The notes under the pieces: model-generated
What the model saw: only the letters and a program-made list of their open reading frames with translations
Databases searched by the model: none
Told to the model about the DNA's origin: nothing
Source: Tubulanus polymorphus
Taxonomy: Eukaryota > Animalia > Nemertea
Direction of reading: 5' to 3'
DNA: 64,000 nt
NCBI RefSeq assembly: GCF_964204645.1
Contig: NC_134035.1
Location: forward strand, 6,262,001-6,326,000
Shown: positions 25,236-38,658 of the stretch, in pieces
Layout: the number at the start of each line of letters is the position of its first letter
How positions within the stretch are numbered: position 1 is the first letter of the stretch
Translations under genes and position numbers: made by a program

Positions 25236-26918
25236 TGACCTGACCTTTTTTATCGACGGTTGGTCGAGCTGGTAGGCATTTGGAGGAAGCGCGAGTTGCA
25301 CGATCTCTATGAACCCTGGTGGCCGTCGTGAGAGTGATGCAAATTAAAATATCATCAATAAACTATTTCTGTATTTATTTCTATTGCGCTGTGAAGAGAG
25401 AGACCTGGGTGAAGTGAAGTGATATATCAAACCACGTAGCGAGCTGATCCCCTTTATCCGCTAGCTGTAATTTATCAAACCCGAACTAGTCCATCTTCTT
25501 ACATAACACCTCTGTAAGATATATCGCATGGCTTAGCGATATAAAAAAATCATCGGACATTTTTCTGTACAGAAACAACATTCGCGAAGTCGCCGGTGCA
25601 ACTGGAGGATTACACAGGATTCGAACCCGATTGATCTCGGCATTTACTGTGCGCCCGTAAATCAAATATCTTTGTCAGGTCGAATCATATCAAAATTACT
25701 CCGGTGGGGATGAGAACGTCCTCGAATTTTATCCCATAGGAGGGCGCAACGGGCAATAAAATTAAACATCGCTTAGCGTAATACGCATTCTACTACACAT
25801 CAGTCGAGTCTGTGACTGATCGCGAGGATTCTTCCAACACGCTGAAGTCAATCAAATTTATATCAATTAATTCCGACAAGACGAAACGGGCGACCAGGAT
25901 CTCTGGGACGCTGTATTTCTTCTCTGCAGGGAAATAGGAAGACGAGGGGCGCAGACGCATTAGTTGATTGAATAGTGGAAGAATGTAGATAATGGCGCCT
26001 GTGCATATTGATGGGTGCTCAGCTTCACCGCGATGATATCAATCCATTTTTATGATCCTCGCGATATTATAAACTTCGTATACATTATTATCCCTATAGA
26101 ATCCATCAAAGACGTACATCGTAATGGATATGTTTCTGTACATATAAGAAGTCTCGGTTTGCTCCGGAATTCGCTTGCTACGCATTATCACGTGCCCCAC
26201 GTGACAGAATGTTTACGATGTTCCAACCATAATCATTTTTCAACCCATCGTCGCTCAAACTGCCCCGGAATTCGCTTGCCGCTAGTAAACGCAGTCTTAC
26301 TGTATAGATATGCGATAGTGCTCAGATTCAATGCTGAAGAATGATCAGCGAAATCCATTCAATTTCTGCGCATATGCAGCATTGGCTTTCAAACGTCAAA
26401 TGGATGTATTAGATATGAATTCTAAGCCGGTAATCTCTCGTGTCTAAGTTTTCTGTTTCCATTCTTCGTGTGGAGGGGTGGGGGGTTTTCGATACACAGG
26501 ACGTAAAAACTGATTTACCAAACGCCGTATCGGCTGCCATCTTCTTACCCGCTAAATTGGACCAAACGACACAGCTATGAAAACTAATTCAACGCCGGGA
26601 ACTTCGAAATGTCTTTTTAATACTAGACATTCAGCTACGCATTAAATCCAATCAACTCATCACCGATATGCTTGTCAAACTTAACTTGAAAACCCACTAA
26701 TCGAAACGAGTGTTCGCCTCGCTCGGAGCTCGATACTCGAATGCAATTAAGATATCGCTGGGTGCAACAATTTGATTTGGTATTGGAAGTGCTACATGTC
26801 GGTCGACTGAGACGTCCAATTGAGTTAACGTGTCGACCAATTCCGATGTCGAACTAACTCGATTTGCAGACAAAAGGAAGCAACAGTGTTTGCCCGCGGT
26901 TATCGGTCGTTAAGTTCC

Positions 26919-26975
26919 AGCAGCATCAGCGGCGGCAGCAGCAGCAGCAGCAGCAGCAACAGTAGCAGCAGCAGG
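26919..26975. repeat. (CAG)n microsatellite
   Basis: Visible interrupted agc/cag run. Confidence 0.9.
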
Positions 26976-28146
26976 AGGTGACTGCGGATGTTTACATCTC
27001 ACACCCGGGTTCATTGACTGTGAGGATGCGGTACCCTTTGTAAGAAGAGAAGTCACTATAGACCATCTCTCAGCGAAGTCACGCGGCCCCTTATCAAAAT
27101 CAAGTTCACACGGAGCATACCGTTCAGAAGTGCATGGTTTGGGTATTCTCGGAGCTACCCCTAATCGACCTTATATCATTTTGAAGTATCGATTTCTATC
27201 GATCGATTGTCATCCTCTAGGATGTATTTCTGCCTAATCTACCCAACCATAGATTTAGGGACCTAACTAGTTGCCATCGACGTGAGTCCTTAATCCGAAA
27301 ATGACCTTTTTTTTCTTCTAGATCCCAGCCTTCCAAATTTTCTAGATCCGTCCCTGACAGAGCGCCGATGCATACATGCGCTGATGGAAAAATATGATAT
27401 GCGGAAAAAAATTAGTTAATTTAGATTCAAATTAATTCTGGAAGGAGATAAATCAATTGGCGCAGCTGTTTTCGACGCGGTGAAAGTCATCCCCCTAACA
27501 CAGCAGTGAGCGACCTGTTGCATCCAAGATTCGTCGTTAAATCCTGCCGTGTCAAATATACCACAACAGGTGACAACTTGCACACGAAACCAATTAACAA
27601 CGACCCGTTCGGTTTGCGCAGCGGAGGCGTGCGGTGCGAGGAATTAATTCAATCAATTACAGTTATTGCGAATAATAAAAAAAATGAAAGCCCTGCAAAT
27701 AAACGGCACACACACACAAACACACACGATACTAACTACGTCAAGACAGTTGAAGATATGATAGCGTTTAAGACTCACATGAATAAAGGATTTTGGATGC
27801 AAAACATCTGCACGAATTTGAATATATATCTTTAATGTATGAGGCTTTGATACCAGTCCGTGGTTTTACATCAAAACAAACTCATTTGCTTCAGGCGCTA
27901 TTAGGCATAATCATCAGGGTTTAGTTTCATAGCGTCAGAAATTCGCAACTTATACTACGTTATTTAGTGAAATTGGTGCCACAAGAACCTTCCATAAACC
28001 CATGTCTAGTTGCACAGACTTTCCTTAAGTCCGAAAGTGGGCTTAAATCTTCGAATTGATCTTGAGTTGTCATATTGGCTATAAAAACTAAAGACTGGCA
28101 TTAGAATGTTGAATATTGGATTTAGAACAGCATGGTCTTGATAAGG

Positions 28147-28260
28147 TAATAATAATAATAATAATAATAATGATATATTTTCTTATATAGCGCACCCCTA
28201 CATGGTAATCGGTGCGCTTTGAGGACATAATAAGGTGTTGAGTATTGGTTATAGAACCAC
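28147..28260 (-). mobile_element. L2-like LINE/SINE 3' tail with (AAT)n
   Basis: The minus strand reads gcgctatataagaaaat...(tta)n, the same tail type as at 25185-25235. Confidence 0.45.
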
Positions 28261-29273
28261 GATTGCCTTAGACCTAAGCCGTGCGAGAAGCTCTATCACC
28301 AGAGTCCTCAGAGTTAAAATTGACTCAACTTAAGTTGCTGAGAAAATCATAATGAAAATAGTCTCTAACTTTTGGTGAAACGCCTGATAGATCTATTTAA
28401 ATTAACTGCGTCATTTGTATTTGCATCTGGTTGACAAATGACTTCCGTGTTCATCGCATTCAGGCTTACTGGTTGCTGCAGCCACTGGTTGCTGTCGTTC
28501 ACCATCGGTAAATCAACAAATAGCGCCGCATAACTAGGGAATGCGGCTGTCCTCCATAATCAACAACCTTCACTAATAATTGGCATCAACTATACGGGTA
28601 AATAGTAATAACGAAGCCGAGGCGACGTTTATAGACGAGGAACCTGTAGAGAACGGTCATAGACACTCTCTTGTCATTTACACACCACTCGTTTTACCGG
28701 ATATTGTCGTAGTTCATATCATAATAGCAGGCATCGGATTGCAAACTCGAAACTTCATAAATCAGCCTCTGAAAATCCTCTACCATCAACCGTCGCTCAG
28801 ATATTATATTCGTCAGCACGAAACTCGTAACGTCGAGTTGGAAATCGTGACCAATAATCTTTACTTTGTATCGGCTTTGTTAACTTTGGATTAGCATTTT
28901 TTGACGTGCGCGGATGTGGTTTTGTACCATAACGATGTAAATCGCCTCTGTATTTTTGGATCACTTTCCACCAATCATCCTGAATCTCCATAATCCAGTT
29001 GTACAGTTCTTGGTTAAATTAGCTCCAGGATCCAGCTTGACGGTTGATATGTGGCTCGGTTTAACATCGAACAGCCAGTTGCAGATTTAATACTTAGATA
29101 CGTGTATACGGCCGGTCATTTCAGTTAAAACTCCAATCTTACAACTCGAGACCCCGAGTCTTATGGGTTGAGTCCTTGGGACTCAACTCACGAATGTGCA
29201 ACTTGGGCCTGAATATGAACTAGAGTACATATTGTATATAGATAGCGTTGATCTATGGGACTGGTATCATGGT

Positions 29274-31696
29274 AGTAATATGGAATAAGTTGGTTCATAC
29301 CAAAGGTCGAAGGGTCGAGCTCACTCTCCCCTTCAACCTTTGATATGAAACAACTTATTCCCTATTACTTCTAATAATTTCATTTAAATGAACATTATTT
29401 ACATGTGTTTCATATACTTTAAAATAAATCATATATTAATTATAAAAGTGTGAGAAATAATTCATATTTTAACAGATTTCGAATAAAAACTAACGAGTAA
29501 TTAACGAGTTGAAGAAAATATAAATTTTAAACATAAAAAGTGTGAGTAAAGTGTGAAAAATAATTCATATTTTAACAGATTTCGAATAAAAAAAAAGGTA
29601 AAATAAATGGACAATTAAAAAGTAACAAGTAATTAACGAATTGATGAAAATATCAATTTTAAGTAAAAAATTACTAATAAATATGAATGAACAGATACTA
29701 CATTTCAACGATATCGATTTACATGAATTAGAAAAATATTTTACAATTGAAAATTTTATTCCTATTCAAGATTCGATTAAAACTGCACGTTTTCGTTTTC
29801 AAATGAAAATTATTACTGAATTAATGTTTAAAAATCATTATCTAATGATAGAGTTATCGAATGAAAAAGATAAAATCTTAATATCATTGATTCAGTAATA
29901 TTTATTTATCTCACAGATTTATTATATATATTTGATTCAGTAATGATAAATAATAATGATACATAATAAATCTATCAGATAAATATCATATATTATTATT
30001 ATTGATTCAGTAATATTTATTTATCTCACAGATTTATTATTTATTATTATTATTGATTCAGTAATTTTTATTTATCTCGCAGATTTATTATATATTATTA
30101 TTATTTATCATTACTGAATAAAATATATATAATAAATCTGATTGAAATATCTAATTGAAATATCATATATCGTAATGTGATTTATGTAATTTATCATTTA
30201 GTTCGTGAATATATCTATGATTTCTCAAACTCTTTTTATTTTTATACTTCTTATTGCATATTTCAAAACACTTAATATTATTAATTCTATCTGAAATATA
30301 ATTGATATCATTCTTTAATTCTATATTCTACAATTATCATAGAATTCTAATAACTGTTAAAATGAGTAAATTGAAGCTGAAACCATTCCAAAAACGTTAA
30401 TTATTGATTTAATATTCTGTTGATTTCTGTATATAAGATGTAATATTTCTAGTACCTTACTTTCACTCATTTTTGTAGTTAAAATATATAAAATAAATTA
30501 AATCAAAAGACGCTGTCTTAATCCTCTAAATCATTTTCTAAATTAACTTTTTTATTCCTATTTTTTCTATGATTATTTCCATTTAACTTCTTTTATTTCT
30601 TACTTAATTTCATATTTTCATTCATCAAATCCTTTCTGATATTCTCGTAATAAAAGTAAAGCGCAGCCAATATTAACCCTCCAGCAACTAAATAATGTTT
30701 CAAATCACTTTTTCCAGTTGGAATGCTGAAATCATTCTCATTCATTTATTTAAGAAAAAAATTAAAAGATTGATAAGTAATTTGAAATATCTTATTTTGA
30801 ATATTTAGAGTTGAATTATTATTTTTGAGTTATGATATTTTGATTCAAGATGATGTGATTTATGGCTTCTAGTATATCATTTTTCCCAACTACATAAAAC
30901 GCTTTCATTAGCATTATATTTCCTATGACGTATAATGATTTCATTATCTAAGATACATTGAATTCCTGTATCTTTAAGTGATTTTTCATTTGGAATGTCT
31001 GGGATAAATCTTTTTTCTTGTAACTCTGAAAAATAATAGATAAAATTCTCTGAAAGGGCAATAACGTAAGTGTGAAAATAATGTTTTATGATTTAATAAT
31101 GTACTTTCATTATTAAAAAGTGATTGTATTTCATCTGTAATCATAAATGTTGATCTATTTCATCAAATGTTGTGAATTTTTGAATTATTGTATTGAATAA
31201 GATTTTTATCTTTTTCATTCGATAACTCTATCATTAGATAATGATTTTTAAACATTAATTCAGTAATATTATTCACTTGAAAACGAAAGCGTGCAGTTTA
31301 ATAAAATCTTGAATAGGAATAAAATATTTTATTGTAATATATTTTTCTAATTCATGTAAATCGATATCTTTGAATTGTAGTATCTGTTCTTTCATTTATT
31401 TAGTAATTTTTTAATTAAAATTAATATTTTCTTCAACTCGTTAATTACGTTAGTCTTTAATTGTCCATTTATTTTACATATTTTTTATTCGAAATCTGTT
31501 AAAATATGATTTATTTCTCACATTTTTATCATTAATAAATGATTTTTTTTAAAATATATGAAATTCATGTAAATAATATTCATTTATATGAAATTATTAG
31601 AAGTAATGGGGAGTATGGGGGTTCAGATTAAAGGTTGAAGGGAGAGTGAGCTCGACCCTTCGACCTTTGGTATGAAACAACTTATTCCCTATTACT
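29274..31696. mobile_element. Non-autonomous Polinton/Maverick-like element (2423 bp) with long TIRs, 6-bp TSD and hairpin-forming termini
   Basis: CATGGT|AGTAATA ... TATTACT|CATGGT (TSD at 29268-29273 and 31697-31702). The left TIR (about 29274-29881) matches the right TIR (about 31197-31696). The interior is extremely AT-rich with broken ORFs; no pPolB or integrase motifs were seen. Confidence 0.8.
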
Positions 31697-32269
31697 CATG
31701 GTAACTTTTTTACTTTAATGCCTCCAGTACTTCGTGCATTCGTGTTTCTCATATCTGTATTATCCATGGTATTTTGGGTAAACTTATTTTTGAAGAATGC
31801 TTATGATTCTATTCACGTGGCTTTAAGTTTGCACAAAACCACAATCAGATGTAGCTATCACTACAACGAAGCCAAGAAAAACGGACCGCGAAGTACTGTC
31901 ACTCAAATAAACACAAGTGTGTCAGTAATAATTCATCCATCATCAAGGAATTTTTGTCAACTTATACAAAATGATTTTTAGAAAAAAAAACAAGAGTGAC
32001 GATGAAAATGAAAAATAACATAGAAATATCATTATCTATATTTTGTGTAGTTAAGAGCTGCAACTGGGAACTGAGGTCTACAGTACAACGCCTTCCCGGC
32101 TCTTTAGATGATAACTAGACTCTACGTAGTTGTAGCTATAGTGACTGGCTTGAGCGACCAAGTACTATCGCAAAAGTAAGAATAATAATCACGATTAGGC
32201 CTAATTCCGCCGAATGAATGCTTCAAAGTATATATATTCATGAAGATAATAAGTGAAAATAATTTCGCA

Positions 32270-33062
32270 TTCAAAATGTTTTTCAGTGAGAATAATGCCG
32301 TCTCCATCAAAATATTTTCCTATGACTAGAAATATCCTAGCAGGTAAAAATGATTTCCGGTTTTATAGTTATTGCGTGCTTAACGATTGTGCTACAGCTA
32401 GGGCATAGCATTACCGTACGTATATAATGTATCGTAATGTATAGTGACTGGGACATCAACTAAAAGATGTCTTCGGCTATCAACTTGTATCTGTTATTTT
32501 GGCAGTCTTCTATTCATCTGCGATCGCCTATATTACATGTAGAAGATTGCTGGTTTCCCTTTTAGGTGTATGGCCAGGCTATTAAACTAGGCCTTACCCA
32601 AAAAATATTTATTTCTACATAAACAGCATTATGAGGAGGATTCACAATCCGTAGCCTTAATTTTTGACCGTAGAAAATTTTGATATTTTGGGCCCTAATA
32701 TCTATGTTTACGTGGCTTTCTAAACGTGAAATTTGCCAATGACAGCACCACCATGCCATCATACCTGTAACGTACGATCACAGGGCTTATCACGACAATT
32801 CAGTCATCGGAATACATTTTGGAAGATGACAATTTATTTTCACCTTTTTCACTTATTTTCACTTGTCATATTTTGAATGCGATTTTTTTTTAATAGCAGA
32901 ATTTTTTTCACATACGAATATTTTTCGATTGGATTTATTGGATTTTGGGATTCTTTTGTGAATGAATCATTTTCACTTACGAATATATTTAGATGGAAAT
33001 GTATCTTTAAAGGGGAACATGTTTTTAGTCAAAAATATTTTGATGGCCCTCATCAGCCTCCA
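32270..33062. repeat. Dispersed repeat or old TIR element, with a second copy at about 56625-57900
   Basis: Shared blocks include gtttcccttttaggtgtat.gccaggctattaaactag.ccttacccaaaaaatatttattt at about 32553 and about 57015. The element ends in tggccctcatcagcctcca. Confidence 0.7.
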
Positions 33063-34286
33063 AAATTGCGTATCAATGTTTGGGTAGAATTCGGCTCCCC
33101 TCGCGAAAAAGCACCTGGAAATCACTCCCATCATCGCGAGCTCCTTGAAAATTAACGACAATATAATTGATACGGATTGCCGTCGCCGACTCGGCAACAG
33201 TTTGCGTTGGGATGTTTTGTTTCGACGGCGAGTAAACATTTGTTCGAGCTGGCGATGACGGGTAATCCTTTAAAATCGGTAAGAATTACGTGCCGCCGAT
33301 CTATCAAACGATCGGGGAAATTTTATAATGATGAATCGGGGAGCGTTTATTGACGCGGCGGGGAGGATCATTTATTTCGCGTGGTGAAATTCCAGTACAC
33401 AGCGCGTGCTGTGTGAGCCCGACTCAGAGAACGCTATACTAGACTCTTTTCCCTACATCCAATTACAGTAGTATTAATCATCTCAGATACTAACGGATCC
33501 ACATTGAACTCATCTGCGATGTATTGACCGGATATCGAAATAGTTTTGATTCTGTCTTGCCTGGTTTGTAGCCGCTCTTTGTATGTAGCTATGTACATTA
33601 AATTCAAATATCTAAAAAACCAAAAAAACCAAAATATATATTTTGTTTTCTCGAACGAGAAAACCAAAAGTTTTGAATTCTCGCACGAAAACAAAAAAAA
33701 ACGGGCCAATCTGAAATTCTTTTATTGTTCAAGCTGTACAGAAATTTCTTTAGCATGGCCCGAATCAGCCATGGTATACCAATACATCCTAGCCGAATAT
33801 TGAAGCCGTGTTTGGTACCCTTTAAGCCCAACGTATACAGCAAAAAAATTGTTCCGCCGAAACAGAAAACACGTTTTTCAGAAAACATTTTTTTGCAGGT
33901 GAAAAACCTTTACGAATACGAAGAGTAAACTCTTAGAGTTTACTCTTTTACAACAATAAAAGAGGATGGGTAGTTAGTTATATTATCATGTACTGTGTGA
34001 AAACATTATTTGGGCAGTCGGTGTAGATGAAATTGTGGTAGTGAAAGAATAGCTGTCACGGCTGATGTCCTGATGGTTTTCAAAGTGTTGACAAAGGGAT
34101 TCAGGCAAGAGGTAAATGATTTATAGAATAATGAGGTGGCAAGGAGTGCATGGAATCAAGATGGATAAAAAGTGTCGATTTTAAAAAAGGTCGGATATTC
34201 TGAAGATACTTAACTCTACGAATACAAGATCTATGTGGTAGATCTATCTATCTGGTGTACTAATCATTCTTTTCGTTTCTGGAGTA

Positions 34287-34458
34287 CAGCGGAACCTCGA
34301 TGCAACGAACTTCACGGGACCAGAAAATATGTTCGTTATAACCGATAGTTGTTTACGGTCAGTATGACAATGATTAAATTGTCTTATTTGGGACGAAATT
34401 CTATATTTTGTATCCGATGAATCGTTGTATCCGAGTTCATTATAACGATTTTGCACTG
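34287..34458. mobile_element. Tc1/mariner (pogo/Tigger-like) MITE
   Basis: TA|CAGcggaacctcgatgcaacgaact ... agttcattataacgattttgcaCTG|TA. Confidence 0.6.
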
Positions 34459-35091
34459 TATTATACATACCTTTGCATGGGATGAATGTGGCGGTGAAGA
34501 ACTTAAGAATTACGTAGGTATAGAGTGATGTGATCATGTAATTCTGATATAGTTCTACTTTTGTATGTAAGATCGATAGATCGAGATATTTGCTTGTGAG
34601 AACTTTTTTGATATGAATTCTTCTCGTTTGTAACGGCTATTTTGATTGGTTGGTCCATTTACGAAAGGCAATTCACTAAAAGTGACCAATGACTACTAAT
34701 TTACCAACCAAATCGACATCTAACGCGATAAGTGGACTCGAAATTGAAACAAAAACCACCAGAAGAATTATCGAAATAACTTATTCTACAAAACGTTTAT
34801 TCGTTTATTCTGAGTTTAACAGAAAATAAAAATAATCTTACACATCTCAAACATTTTCGTGAATTTTTCCATAGTCTCTACATACAGCGCGCAGCGCGCT
34901 GTCTTAGAACGACTTCTTATAGGTTTATATATAGAATATACATAGCTTTTTAAGCAAGCGAATTTGTACAATATATTTCATTTATATTATAAATCTACAT
35001 GCAGTGTATTCATTGACATTTAATTTACACCAGTTTTAAAGCCTTTTATCAATTAATGCCAGTAGATCAGATTTCGAATAATTGCTAGATC

Positions 35092-35135
35092 TTCTCTCTC
35101 TTTCTATCTCTTTCTCTCTCTCTCTCTGTCTCTCT
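35092..35135. repeat. (TC)n microsatellite
   Basis: Visible interrupted run. Confidence 0.85.
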
Positions 35136-38100
35136 AATCAGACATCGACGAATCCGATGTTATTATTAATGCGATATCTTTGAAGCGAAGTTTTCATTGC
35201 AAAGGACCGTTAAAAGGTCATCGGTAGTTAAGCATTTTCAAAAGGCAAATTCGTTGAAAATCGATAGAAATACCATTGAATTTTCTCCTTTTAGGTCATG
35301 TTATCATATAAGGTTTCTTCTTCAAACGAATGCAATAACATTGATCGTATATTGAAATATTGGGAAAACTTAATTTTAGTTTATAACGGAATTGATATTT
35401 CATAATTCGATCCTCATTATTTTCAACATTTGTCATTTTAAGGTTTCTAACTTATACTTTGATAACATACATAAGGTCTCTCGTAATAAGCTTTACGAAT
35501 GATTTTGCGTTTGCTATTCTTTACTGATAACCAAATTAAAAACCTATGGAATGATTTATGAAAAACATGCTCAACCAAATACTTCTTATCATTGACGATA
35601 TTTGATCGCCCTAAATTTGGGTAGCAGCCCAAAAAGCTTCCAAGGTTGGACGATAAAACCTGCTCCCAAAATCAAAGCATCTTTTAAAGTCCAGCGTTTT
35701 GCAAAATAGTCATTCATGCATGGCTTTGCTGGTGGTTTTGTACAAAGTGAAAGCGCCTATACACCACTATACGCTTCCCATCGGAGTACCCTCTCCATCA
35801 ACCACGCCCCTTTTCGGATAATTTTACTTATAATTCGTATCTGTTCAACTATTATCAAGAATCACTATGTACACTGAATAAATGATTCATCATGATATAC
35901 AAATATAAATATGTACAATATTCCATGCAATATTTATTTTACACAATCTGTACAATATTAAAGCCCTCAAATATTTCTCGTGAATATTCAGTCTGGACCC
36001 AGTTTCACATTTCCTAATCTAGTTCATTTTCAATGAGATGATAAAGTGTATAATTAAGTCAAATACTAATTCAAATACTAATCCAATTATATTTTGAATG
36101 TCCTAAAACAGCTGAGCTTTATTTTGGGTTATTCCTACAAATCAGAAAGCGCTATAAAAAGTTGAAAATCATTAAAGCAAAGAAATTAAATATTCTGAAA
36201 CTATTTTGAACTGATAAACTTCATTCGAAGAGTTAATTTTTACGAGTTAATATTTTAGATAGCTTTTAGCGTGAAACGTTTTAACGAGTGAGTAGAGATT
36301 CTATATCTATAGTGAAAAATATCGACGATTGATGCGCATCGCATCCGTTTGGAAGCAACGTAAAAATTCGCTTCCGACGTTTCGAGGCATTAATCATGTA
36401 CCAGGAAAAACAGTTGTAAACATCGACCAATTAGTATTTTAGGATATTATCATGAAAAGCCATCGTTGTTATTACGCTCGTCTGGGGCCAGTGTCACCAC
36501 TCAATGCTTGAACCTAAGGCCAGACTATGCTCATCTTGGTTATATAACGATTCATTAACAACAGACTGTTGGTTAAGCTCATTTAGTTTTAATTTAACCA
36601 ATCTCACAACTTAAGACCTGTCTATTTTAGTTCTGCAACCAAACTTTCAACTTAAGACCAGTCTAAGCTTAATTTTTTGAATAAACAATCCAACACCACT
36701 CACGACCTGTCTTAAGATTTAAGATTATTTTGGACTCATTTCAGGACTATGCATCTGGGCCCTTGTTACACAATACATACCGAGCTAATATAACATCGTA
36801 TTATGCTACAAACTATCACTGAACTAATTTGCCGTCTTATCTACCTATATGTATATATATTCAATGAATCTATATTCCACGCTGCAGTTTTTCGCATACT
36901 GCCATTGATATGTTTGTTGAAGTGTAAAACATCATTATGCTAAATTCAATAATCAAACGAGTCAGAAAAACAGTTTATTGATTCGAAAATGACATTGATT
37001 CAACTAAGATTATGCAAAATCATTTAAGATTGTGTTTAATTTTATCTTGTTCACGACGTGATATACGCTTTTCCTCTAGTTGACATAATAGATGGACTGG
37101 TTAACTGCCCAAATCTTACGGCAGCTCCTCGAATATTTATTCTTGCATAGAAGGAGGGATAGAGGAGTATGAGAGTGGGGGCGAGGGAGAGTTCGTGTAG
37201 TAGCAAAATATTGGTCTGAAAAAGTAACTTCATCAATCGTTGTTTTTCCAATGGTCTTTATAAACATTAATTGCATAATATACAGTATAGATAATTAATT
37301 CACTACGAGAGATACTTATCAAACGACAATAGATTTATGACTCTTCAATCGTTTTAGACAGCCCGGTGCGTGTCTGACTGAATGGGCAGTTCTTATGGAG
37401 TAAATGCCTATGGATGCCACGTTGTCGGGCGGCAAATACACTGGCTACTCCTATAGATTTCAATACCAGTCCTATCTGCAGGCCTAGTGGGGAGTACTAG
37501 GACAATCGTTCAATTTCTGAAAATTCGTACGAAAGCGGACCGGTTAAAAACACAATAAGAACGAACATTTTCGGATTTTGGGCGGTTCGTTGTACCCCAC
37601 GCTACAGGACTGCCTTGAGCCTAAACGTTATTTGTCGAATGCCTTTGACTAAAGCAATACCATTCAGTCACTCTCCGCCTAAAAGCGCAACCATCCAAAA
37701 AAAATCGATAATACATTATTCTCATCATATCGCGTATTCATATGTAAGTGTAAGCGTAGTTCGAGCAACTTGAAATCGTACGAAAAACGGTTTGTGATCC
37801 GACTGTGAAATATTGAAAAGGTACCGTCGATGAATCTCAGGACACACGGCAAGGTACGTTTGAAAGCCATTTCAGATATATTTGAAAGCCCATTTTAAAC
37901 CCCCTAAAACAGCCCTATGTAGAATTAAGTAGGCCGCTGTACTATCAATAATGGTCATGTTAATGTGTATATGAAACAATGATGGTGAACGCCATCGTTT
38001 ATGTACATACATTTGGATTTGAACTTCCTTGTAAATCTAGTTTTCTGCTCACAGGGTCTTATGTTAAAGGAGCTTTCATTAGCATGATACATCATTATGA

Positions 38101-38658
38101 TACAATGATACGACTTGTAATACGGGCCTCGATACAGCTCGATACACCGATACCACATAATGTAAAAGCGCAATAATTGTGTTGTTGACATTAAACATCG
38201 TTGTATAGTAAAAAAGTCAGATATTACCACAATTTATCATCTAAACTTAGTATAAATAGTGACTAGACGTTTTGTATATGTTTATATAGTGTTAAATGTC
38301 TCATTATCCGTCTATAAAACCGCACCACTCCACAACGATCCATTCTCAACTTAGGTTTTATTTTTTGTCGTTTTAACAAATTCCGTAAGAGATATTCCAA
38401 GCGTAAACTGTATAGACTCACGCAGGTACACGTGGTAACGCTACGCAAAGTAATACACATTATATCCATTCGAAATGGATATCCAATCCTTTCCATTTTC
38501 CTTCCCCGCAATCGTATAGTCTGTCCTATAATAATTACCATCGCTTCGTTATAAAATATACACAGTCATGCATAAGTATTTCATAATATTAATCAATAGT
38601 GAATTAGTCCATATTAGAATGAAGTAACTCTGTTACGCGGTGTCGTTACGATCTGCGG

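Noticed and set aside
25610-25640. B-box-like GGGTTCGAATCC on the minus strand
   Set aside because: There is no A box or cloverleaf; at most a SINE relic, not a tRNA gene.
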